Positions 49,186 through 60,040 of a DNA stretch of 64,000 nucleotides are shown piece after piece. Source of the DNA: Lingula anatina (Eukaryota > Animalia > Brachiopoda); the NCBI GenBank assembly GCA_051362555.1, contig CM120647.1, forward strand, positions 14,732,651 to 14,796,650, written 5' to 3'. The position numbers and the translations under genes were made by a program. Below the pieces are notes generated by a model, which saw only the letters and a list, made by a program, of their open reading frames with translations, was not told the DNA's origin and made no database searches. Each line of letters starts with the position of its first letter. Position 1 is the stretch's first letter.

Positions 49186-51618
49186 ATGGCGCGACCTCAA
49201 CCAAAACTAGATGCAAATCACACCAAGGGAAGGTTCAACTCATGCGTGGCAGTAGTCACCGGGGGAGCCTCGGGTATAAACAGGGCGTGTGTCAGTCGTT
49301 TCCTCAATGACGGTGCGTCCGTTGCCTTCCTCGACATCGACCAAGATTCGGGGAAACAGTTGGAGTCTGAGCTTAAGGGGGAGGGGTTAGACGCCGCATA
49401 TTACCACGTCGATGTGTCTAACAGGGACGCGTGTTCCAAGGCCGCGGTAGACATAGCAGACAAACATGGTGGCAGCATTAACTATGTGATAAACGGCGCT
49501 GCGTGTTTTATCTTCAAGGGTGAGTAATCTCGTGCAACACAACTCTTACGGTGCATAGGGCCTTGCAAACAATATAATAGACCTACAACAGTAGTTGTAT
49601 GTAGGTCAACCCAAATGTGCCCTAAGTGTCAGGGCACTATATAAAGCTAGCTTGCTCGCTATAACTTTTCACGTGGTAGCTTTACAGTATTGCTGATATG
49701 GGTTATATATGAAATCAAGATCGAGCTAACAATTCTAAAATCTAGAACCTAGGGTACCAAATGTAAAAAAAAAGTTGGACAAACTTCCTGCACGTTCGCC
49801 TGCACTAAAAACAGTGACTGTGATTTAGATATTTAGATAACATTTTTCCAGGTATGGACGCATCCACGTCAGACTGGGAGAAGACGCTGAATGTGAACGT
49901 GGTTGGATATGCAAACATGGTACAGGCATGTCACCCCTACATGAAGAAAGGTACATAGAGAGCTTGGGACACACTGTCTGGACTTATGTGTTGTGTTTCA
50001 ACTAGCGCAACAGTCTAGCAGTCTCGACTAGCACAATAAACTGCATACCTTCGCCTTATATGCCCCTCTCATGTGAAATTCGTTTACCAAAAATTTACTG
50101 TCAAGATAAAGACTTAATCTATATATATAAAAAAAAAACGCCTTGATATTGACCCTAATTATTGTGTCCTCACAGTTGTATACATAAAGTCATACCATTT
50201 CCAAATATGTTTTAATTTATCATCATTTTCATCAGCCGAGCCGGGCTGCCGCGCTGTCGTTAATATTGCCAGCATCACGGGACACGTACCAAAACGAAAT
50301 CGCTGGACTTACGACGCCAGTAAAGGAGCTGTCTTGCAACTGACCAGGTGTATGGCTCTTGATCTGGCCAAAAACGGGATAAGGGTCAACTCGCGGTGTC
50401 CCCGGCAGTAATAAATACACCTTCGGTGGGTACTCTAGGTAGTAGGCCTACAGTGTATACTGAGTACATATATATTTGTATGCTCATATAGATTTGTGTT
50501 TCCGCCTATGAAAATAACAGCTTGTAATGTAAACATACATTTTCACATCATATGTCATCGTAAAAAATATAAATTAATTATTTTAATACTGATGGAATTG
50601 ATTGCAAGAATGATTCTAATGTGTAAATTATGTTCTACATTCTTCTTTTTAGACCCACTAAATATTCACAAATTTTGAATTTATATCATCTGTGTTCTTT
50701 CTCTCTGCAGCCATTTTCATCTTCCGTTTCCAGCTATCGTATTACTCACTCTTGGATTTGCTGTAGAATTACGCAAGGTCGTCTTATCTGGGCCGTAGCG
50801 ATAGTCCGAAGGTTCAATAGTCCAACGGTTCATTGGTCCGAATGTTCACTATAGAACCTTCGGACCAATGAACCCTTGATTAAAAAAGCGATGAAAATGT
50901 TACCACTTTTCGGACCAATGAACCTTCGGACCAATGAACCTTCGGACTATCGAGACGCCCCCGTCTTATCGACGTGTCAGTGGCAGCACGTTACCTTCGT
51001 TCACCATAAGAAGGCTTTGTGATAAGGCTAAAAGCAAGGGCTCATTTCCAATGCAACAATCGTTTTACGTAAATCGATCCAACTCAGCGGGAACTCTCGC
51101 TGAATGCAATCAGTTCAACAGACTAACACGCCTCCTCCTGGCGTTGAGTAAAATATAAAAAGCTTGCGATTATACGAGTACGTTTGCAACAAAAAGGGGC
51201 ATGTTAATCTATTAAACTGATTGCATTCAGTAAGATTCCCTGCGGAGATCGATCTACGTAGAAAGATAGCTCCAGCTCGGCTGAGTGTAGGCCTAATTCT
51301 ACAGCAAATGTAAGAGTGACGCAAGCTCCAGTGTGAGATTTATTTATAACTCCATTTTATCTTGGGTTGACCCTGATTTAGGTGGAGAGAGCTCAAATGA
51401 ACTTCACTGAGGCGCAGAGGGAGTGGTCGGCGGGTTGTCACATGATGAACCGCCAGGGGGAATCTTCAGAAGTTGCCGCCGCCATTGCCTTCCTCTGCAG
51501 CAGAGACGCTTCCTTCATCACCGGCGCCGATCTCCCGGTAGATGGCGGCTACACGGTGATAGGCCCTGAAAGGCATGGGAAAGATGGGCCAGATTTCAGT
51601 GGAAATATTCCTGACTAG
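49186..51618 (+). pseudogene. SDR-A2: SDR gene with a +2 frameshift in exon 3 (pseudogene, null allele or assembly error). Exons 49186-49519 (possible upstream ATG at 49114), 49852-49950, 50236-50425, 51382-51618
   Basis: Exon structure matches SDR-B, but exon 3 is 190 nt instead of 188. It reads AAC TCG CG GTG TCC CCG (extra CG at ~50392-50395), giving a premature TAA at 50409-50411. Motifs TGGASGIN, NGAA, VNIASIT and YDASK are otherwise present. Confidence 0.82.
50789..50961. mobile_element. Foldback/Mutator-like MITE with 9-bp TSD in SDR-A2 intron 3
   Basis: TSD cgtcttatc at 50780-50788 and 50962-50970. Inverted arms are built from 16-bp units (ttcggaccaatgaacc and its complement). Confidence 0.8.
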
Positions 51619-52220
51619 TTGATATAAGGGAGAAAATTTAATAATGAATAAAAAAATTAACTGATTATGTGTTGTTCCTTATGATTTCTCCAGTTTAACA
51701 TAAAATGGACGCGATCTCCATCCTTACTGTAACTTAACTTCAACTGGGCTCATATGAGCTACTGCTGTGCTGGCAACTTTCTTATTTGTAACTCTTTCTT
51801 AATCATTAACGTGTGAAAGAAGTTTGTATCGTTTACCAATTAGAATGTTATTTTCTTTAATTATAAATGTTATTTTTCTAGAGAACTTGTATGCAAAATA
51901 GTTGTTCTCATAAGTTATTAAGTGCACCTTGTTTATTTATATATTCATCTGTTTATATTTTAATTAATAAATTAATTAATTAATTAATTAATTTATTTAT
52001 TTATTTATTTATTTATTTTTCCATCATAAGGAGTAGAAAAACGTCTCTTGCAGTACCGAAGGAGAACATTACATTTCTCCTATATTAGTCGCAAGGCGAT
52101 GACACATGTGCCAAGATAAAGTTGAATAAGTTATTTCATTTGGAGCTGTTATCTACATAGAGGCCTGTACATATTTGACTACATAATAGTGCTGTAGCAG
52201 ATAGATACTGGCATTACAAA

Positions 52221-55200
52221 ATGGAGCGTCGTCAGCCTAAACTAGACCAGTCGCATACAAAAGACAGGTTTAAAGGACGCGTTGCCGTGGTAACCGGGGG
52301 AGCCTCTGGTATCGGTAAGGAGTGCGTCAAACGCTTCCTTAATGACGGCGCGTCCGTGGCCTTTCTAGACACCAATCAAGAAGCGGGCCAACTGCTTGAG
52401 GCGGAGCTGAAAGCGGCCGGACATGACGCCATATTTTACCATATCGACGTCTCGGACAGGGACGCATGTTTCGGGGCCGCAAAAGACATAGCAGGGAAGC
52501 ATGGTGGCTGCATCCACGCTGTGGTTAACTGCGCTGCAAGTTTTCTATTTAGAGGTAATTTATATCATTTCCACCGGGGAGAAAGGTTATCTATGCTTTA
52601 ATATACATATAGCAGTAATAACTGGATTTTAATTTTCATGTACTCAGTTTGCTTAACAATAAAGCACACCTTATTGAGATTGGTAATTACATTATATATA
52701 TATTAGTGACTAATTTCCACGGTCAGTTTTTGATCTGGTAGGGAGGGGCTTAATGGGAGGTTGAGATATGAGCAACCACTGTTTCAACTGTTAATAAAAC
52801 TTCAGATAACACAACTCCAGGTCACCTAAGTTATTTTGCAAGGCAAGAAATAAACAGACAGCCCCATACATCGTATCACATATTATGTGGTCGTATTTCA
52901 TGGCATTTCCCCCAGATTTAGGCTTCGTTCACATGCAATGTCTATTTTCTAATTTCTATTTTCTATTTGCGCTATCTTATGATCACGGTCTGTGCCCTGA
53001 ATATCCCGCCGCGTAATTATTGGCAGCGCGAGCCAGTTACTTATAGTAACTTATAGTAACTGGCTCGCGCTGCCAGTAATTACGCCGCGGGATATTCAGG
53101 CCACAGACCGCAAATAGAAAATAGAATTTAGAAAATAGACATTGCATGTGAACGAAGCCTTAGATGCGTCCAGCACTGTTTCAGCTGTTTATACAACTTC
53201 AGATCATTTCAGAGATTTTACAAGGCAAGAAATAAACAAAAATGCCCAATGTATTATAATACATTTGCTCATATTTCATGGCATTTTTCCCAGCTTTAGA
53301 CGCGTCCATGTCCGACTGGGAGACGATAATGGGTGTGAACGTGGCGGGCTCTTCAAATGTGGTACAGGCATGTTATCCTTTTATGAAGAACGGTATGTGA
53401 GCTGCGTTAACGTTGACTCCATTTTTATGTACAGACACAGATGTGTCTGTACATATTGCCATCACCTGCGTCTGTCGTCGCCGATGCCGATGCCGATGCC
53501 GATGCCGATGGCGATGCCGATGCCGATGCCGTCGCCGTGCACTTTCCTTGTAAACACGATAAGTGGAAGGCAGTTTTACTTTTTGGCTTTATATTTACAG
53601 AGCTGATGAATATTCATAAAACGCAGGTCAAGTTCGAAAATCAGCATGATCGGGCCATTATTGTAGAAGTTATGCTGTTTTTTCACTTTTCAGCATATTT
53701 TTCACATTTCCTCAGATTCAATTCTTAGGCATGTTAACAGTCTCATTATTAAACTAATAAGATACGTAAAAGTTTTTGTTTGACATTTCCTGCATCTTTA
53801 CAACATTGTTAGTTGATTTTGTAAAAATGATGGTAAACTTGTTATCGTGTATTGTGTAATAAAGTGTCAAAAATGGAAATAAACTCATATCATTGCAGTT
53901 TGTCAGATTCAATCATTCATTATGTTCAGAATCTCAGAATGGAAGAAATTGGACATTTAACACTGCTCTATTGATATTTTTCCCATCTCATCAATTTTCT
54001 TAGTTGATCATATAAAAATTGCAGTAAACTGTTAATTTTGTTTTATGTTAAAAATTGTTAAAAATGGAAAAAAAAAACATTTCAGAACAGTGCTGTCTTG
54101 TTTACATTTTGGCATTTTCAAGTTGTGACTTAGAGGTTCCATGGGCCTGAAGACCTTTGCTAGTCACATTTTCTGAATATCCATGATACTAATATTTTAT
54201 TATTAAAAATTGATGGTCATTATGCTGTTAAACATAATGTAATATTGCATCAAAATTTGAAAAAAACCTATTTTGGGCACTTCTCCCATGATGACCATTT
54301 AAGAAAAACCATGTCACTTACTGTTCTCAAACAGTACAGTAAATATATATATATATAGATGTGTCTGTACATATTGCCATCACCTGCGTCTGTCGTCGCC
54401 GTCATCGCCGTCGCCGGTGCCGTGCACTTTCATTGTAAACACGATAAGTGGAAGGCAGTTTTACTTTTGGGCTTTATATTTACAGAGCTGATGAATATTC
54501 ATAAAACGCAGGTCAAGTTCGAAAATCAGCATGATTGGGCCATTTTTGTAGAAGTTATGCTTTTTTTTCACTTTTCAGCATATATGCAACACTGTAAACA
54601 CATTCCAAAGAAAACCGATAGGCCTGTTGTCATGAAACTCACAGGAGTAATCTATCTTACTAAAATGCAGGTCAAGTTCGAAAATCGGCATGATCGGGCC
54701 ACTATTTTAGTAGTTATGCTGTTTTTTCATTTTTCAGCATATATGCAACACTGTAAACACAATATAAGAAAAACAGATAGGCCAATTGTCATTAAACTCA
54801 CAGGAGTGGTCAATCTTACTAAAACGCAGGTTGAGTTCGAAAATCAGCATAATCGGGCCATTATTTTAGAAGCAATGCTGTTTTTTCACATTTCCTCAGA
54901 TTAAATTCTTAGGCATGTTAACAGTCTTATTGTTTTACTAATAAGATACATAAAAGTGTTTGTTTGACATTTCCTGCATCTTTACACCATTGTTAGTTGA
55001 TTATGTAAAAATGATGGTAAACTTGTTATCGTGTATTGTGTAATAAAGTGTCAAAAATGGAAATAAACTCATATCATTGCAGTTTGTCAGATTCAATCAT
55101 TAACTATGTTCAGAATCTCAGAATGGAGGAAATTGGACATTTAACACTATTCTATTGATATTTTTCCCATCTCATCAATTTTCTTAGTTGATCATATAAA

Positions 55201-57168
55201 AATTGTAGTAAACTGTTTATTTTGTTTTATGTTAAAAAAGTGTTAAAAATGGAAATAAACCCATGTCAGAACAGTGCTGTCTTGTTTCACATTTCCTCAG
55301 ATTCAATTCTTAGGCATGTTAACAGTCTCATTATTTAACTAATAAGACATGTAAAAGTGTTTGGTTGACATTTCCTGCATCTTTACAACATTATTAGTTG
55401 ATTATGTAAAAATGATGGTAAACTTGTTATCGTGTATTGTGTAATAAAGTGTCAAAAATGGAAATAAACTCATATCATTGCAGTTTGTGAGATTCAATCA
55501 TTCACTATGTTCAGAATCTCAGAATGGAGGAAATTGGACATTTAACACTATTCTATTGATATTTTTCCCATCTCATCAATTTTCTTAGTTGATCATATAA
55601 AAATTGCAGTAAACTGTTTATTTTGTTTTATGTTAAAAAATTGTTAAAAATGAAAAAAAAAAAACATTTCAGAACAGTGCCGTCTTTGTTTACATTTTGG
55701 CATTTTCAAGTTGTGACTTTGAAGTTCCATGGGCCTGAAGACCTTTGCTAGTCACATTTTCTGAATATCCATGATACTAATATTTTATTATTAAAATTGA
55801 TGGTCATTATGCTGTTAAACATTATGTAATATTGCATCAAAATTTAAAAAAAAAACTATTTTGGGCACTGCTCCCATGATGACCATTTAAGAAAAAGCAT
55901 GTCACTTACTGTTCTCAAACTTACAGGAAAGAAACATGGGACTAAAATACAGCTTCAGTAGGCAATGCAGTCTGTTTGGTAATTCTTACTGCCAGTTAAA
56001 CGGTTTGACATATTGGCATTTTCAAAGTGTGACTTTGAAGTTCCACGGGCTTGTTTATTATTGCATCAAAATTGGCAAAATGACCTCTTTTGCATCCTTT
56101 TTTCTGTTATTTTGTCTGTACATTTGACAGCTTTGCTGCCTTGTTAATACCTCAAATGACATTAGATGTTTGAAATGTGCAAAAAAAGTGTCGTATCAAA
56201 TGCATTGCACTTATTTCTCTTACTTATATAGTTTCTTGCGGAACACAAAGATGTGCTTACCAACGTCATTGTGATTTCTCTTCTGAATAGATTGCTTTGT
56301 CTCCTCCAACACAATGTATTGCCTCGCCTAGCGTATTTCAACTGCAAATCATATTGAATGATTTCATGCACATAACATGTGAATATCCGTTGACGATCAC
56401 AATCAATGCATTATGATTTTTCTAACACAATGGCGCTTCATTTTAAACCCAGAGGGACCAGAAACGCGCGCCGTAGTAAATATCGCCAGCGTATCTGCCC
56501 ATTGCAGTCAGAAGCAGCACTGGACGTACAACAGTAGCAAAGGGGCGATCTTACAGCTTACCAAGTGCATGGCGCTTGACCTAATCAAAGACGGAATACG
56601 GGTCAACTCTGTTTCTCCTGGAATAATTAATACCCCTGCTGTAGGTAGATTAGATTAGAAAAATATTTTTTTGCCTGTCTATATTAATTAATTAAATGTT
56701 GCACCGGTAAGTCAAGGAAACAAATAAATGAATCATTTTCTTTTCTAGATTATCACGTGCGTATTCATCTTCTGTTATCGTTTTCTACTTTTCGCTCGTC
56801 TTTTTTGAAAACTTATTTTCATTTCTTACTTTTCTTATATTTTCCTTTCTTTCATTCTCGCAATATAACACTGTTTATACGGTTTTTAAATACAATATTT
56901 GTAAATATCCACTTATCTATTTGAATTTCTTTAGCTTGACGCTATCGTTGGAAGTGACGAAATTCAGAGAGCGTTTTACGGTAGCACCCACATGATGAAC
57001 CGAAACGGTGAATGTTCAGAAATTGCCGCCGCCATCGTCTTCCTCTGCAGCACAGACGCTTCCTTTATCACTGGCGCTGATCTCTCGGTAGATGGCGGTT
57101 ACACAGCGATGGGACCTGAACGACACGGCCAAGAAGGGCCTAATTTTACCGCAGCCATTCCGGAATAA
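52221..57168 (+). CDS. SDR-B2: classical SDR paralog, 284 aa. Exons 52221-52554, 53294-53392, 56453-56640, 56935-57168
   Basis: Same exon sizes and phases as SDR-B1 (334/99/188/234), continuous [11 protein letters not shown] and YNSSK intact. Intron 2 is expanded by a ~2.7 kb repeat insertion. Confidence 0.9.
52921..53159. mobile_element. Near-perfect palindromic MITE with TTA target-site duplication (PIF/Harbinger/Tourist-like) inserted in a defunct copy of SDR-B2 exon 2
   Basis: ggcttcgttcacatgcaatgtctattttcta ... tagaaaatagacattgcatgtgaacgaagcc, with TTA at 52918-52920 and 53160-53162. The internal arms are also inverted-complementary. Confidence 0.9.
53422..56145 (+). mobile_element. Second, composite copy of the same HINE-like family in SDR-B2 intron 2
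   Basis: Same termini as 45608-48836. The element restarts at ~54358, has an internal ~380-bp tandem duplication (~54890-55660) and a (GATGCC)n tract at 53482-53530. The empty site is visible in SDR-B1 intron 2 (gactcc...taatgcctcaa). Confidence 0.72.
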
Positions 57169-58029
57169 TAGCAACAGTTGATGAATAGGGTTGGGGCGTT
57201 CAGCAGTCCAAGCAGCAATCCCCAACAAACTATGTTTTATCTTATACCTGTATAATATCAAGTCATGCTGGAGAGTAATTGTATCATCATCTTGCAATAA
57301 AAACGTTCAAAATTTTCTAATGTCAAAAAATTTAGAATATTGTAAAGAAAAAAAATCAATCGCGTCTGTTTTTGTAGGTTTCGGATAATTTCAAAATGCA
57401 AATAATCACAAGAAAACTAATAGTTAGCCATAGTCTACGTTACGCTTTTCAATTGATGCTTACCAGTACTCTGCGCAGACCCAAATTTCTCGCCAGATAT
57501 TTTCCGATGAATTTTAGGGTAAATAGCCAGTGTTAAATATGTATATAATGTCTCATTGGTTAGGTTTTTCCACAATACACCTTTAATATGAATAAAAAAT
57601 ATGGGCAATATGCTGTCAAATATTTATGATAACGAATGATAACAAATTGCAGAACTTTTTTTATTCTTCATGATAAGTGTTTACTTTGTATCGTATATAT
57701 CATTATTACCTAGTCACTGTTTATTAAGGATGAACTAGGCTTGGAGGACTGCCACAGTTTTATCTTGGGTCAAAATGGGGTAAATATTCTGGTCTTATAC
57801 GTAAAGATCAATAGTTGGTTTTATTACCTTTGTAAAGCGGACTTGCACAGTTGCAATTGTATTGAATACAATAATATGCGCACACAGACGTACGTTTCTC
57901 TTTAAGTGGGACCTATCATCACAGCTAGAATTCTCACTGTAGGTAATGGCATACCATATACAAGAAGACCTAACAGTACCTTATGTAGCTTGATTATAAC
58001 ATGTATATTACGGTTTATATCAACCTACT

Positions 58030-58468
58030 ACCCTCTACCAGGGTGGCATGCAGACATTACAGGAAAAAACGCCAAAAGCCACCCTGTGATTTTTGGCCAC
58101 ATGGAAGTGATTAAATCCTCACGCGCACTGAAGGCATTGTACCCGCTCTGTGGGGAACAGTTACAGGAGATTCTTCAGTCTACTTCAATAAGTAGCAACA
58201 AGCTATTCAGCAGGGGCTATTTTTATCTGTCACAAAAGAGCAAGTTATTTAAATCAGATCAAATAACTGTCTTGGTTGCTGTCAAAGGAACTAGGCTGGG
58301 GTCTGTTAAGTGGCAGTACCTGAGCAGCTACGCAAACAATTTACCAGCCATGTAATCAACCTAGAGATTTTAGCACAAGATCAGAGATAGTAGACTGATC
58401 GTTAAGCAAATCTAAAGACATATCTGTGAATACCTTGTGAAAAGAAATCTGTGGCCCTAGTAGGGGGT
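58030..58468. mobile_element. TIR element with 11-bp TSD upstream of ACS3
   Basis: TSD atcaacctact at 58019-58029 and 58469-58479. TIR accctctaccaggg / ccctagtagggggt (12/14). The empty site is at ~32027 upstream of ACS1. Confidence 0.75.
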
Positions 58469-58607
58469 ATCAACCTACTGTTGTGAGCAGTTGACTCGGC
58501 ATATATCTATTTATTGGTGAAACTGAAACTTAAATTGATATATGTAACTTGATAATACCATGTACTAGTACACTATGGTTTATATCAATCAAGTTATTCC
58601 TCTATAA

Positions 58608-58944
58608 GCTAGCAGAGGTATGACCGTACGCAGTGACATACTTGTCCCGCTCATGGATCAATAAACCCGACAGGCCCCGTTGACCTCATTGACAGCTCCA
58701 GTTCACACTGATATCGTGACCCATTTTCTGCCAGGACGACTGCCCCGGTTTTCGACCCTCAGTTGAAGGGGAACAAGTTCTTCTGTCTGGCGTCACGGAC
58801 TTTGCGTCAAGGGGTGTAATATCCATTCTATCATTCATTATATTCATTCATTAACGATATTTCACGCTTCCCTTTGCTCAAGCGTCGGATGAAGCGTTTG
58901 GGAAGAAATCGCACAGTGATCACAACCTGATAGTTGAAGTAAGT
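58608..58944 (+). promoter_or_regulatory. Conserved promoter and putative non-coding first exon of ACS3, donor GTAAGT 58939-58944
   Basis: Homologous to the blocks upstream of ACS1 and ACS2. Confidence 0.6.
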
Positions 58945-60040
58945 GTAGATCTACGTGAAAATGTCACAGACGATCGGAATCACAGAGGCATTATGCATGT
59001 TTTACGTTGTTAACCTCCAATATTTCGTCATGTCTTTGTAGAGCGTCTATTTCAAGTTGCTCCAGACAGGCATCGAAGTACTGAAGGTTATAAGAACATA
59101 TAGTCCAAATCAGATGATGATTAAAAACATTGTTTTATATTCCGGGTGATCATAAAAACTGGCGGGATTCTTTGCAGACATGCTTTAACTTCTATATACC
59201 GTACTAGTATTAAGAATGTGTATATTTACCCCGTGGACCATTTGAAGATTACACTGCGATTAATGCGGTGGGAAATACAAAAGAGGGAGTGTATAATGAT
59301 AGGGTCGCTAAACGATTGTTGACGGCATATAGTAACTAGCCTAATCCCCTGGTCGCCTGGGTAGCCAAACGATTGTTGACGGCATATACAGGTACAAGAA
59401 TTGTCTGATTAGACATGTATCCAGACTATGAAACTGAAACCGATCTATCCCCCACCTGCCCCTAACGTAAAATTCCCCCCAAAAATGGACAAAAACCTAT
59501 GGGGAACTAACGAGCATACACTGTATGTCCTATGGGAATTCTTTAAGACGCAGATAAAATCAAAATATAGAGTCTGATAATGACAGATGCGTCAGTGGGT
59601 TTATGTCCGTCTTTTCTGTCTCTTTCGAAATGGAGTTCAATCGAGTGTCACTTCTGAGGAGTTGAATGGATTGTTCCAAACATAAAATTTGGGTTGATAT
59701 AGAAATCTCACGACGGAAGAGGATTTTAAAATAATAAACTCTCTTTTACGCACGACAACCGCCTCACATAAAACGGTGCAAAAAGCTGACCTGTTTTTCC
59801 TCTTAAATTTCTTTACCTTCTACCAAGGACGCGGATTAATTTAATTGCACTTTTTTTTCTAAAGCGACACACAGTGAAGAAATGTGACAGGAATTAACTA
59901 AAGACAGAACTGTGAACATCAAGTGAAAAATAAATCTCTAGAAAAAAAATTTGAAAAGTTTTTTTTCTCTCTTTCTATTATGATATTTACCGTTACTGCT
60001 TTTTGTTTTTTTAAATAGTGCACTCTTTTTCAGCGCAAGC

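Noticed and set aside
54359-54904. 181-aa ORF with internal repeats (also 53441-53728, 46390-46599, 63099-63341)
   Set aside because: These are chance translations of the tandem units in the HINE-like repeat, and frames and stops differ between copies.
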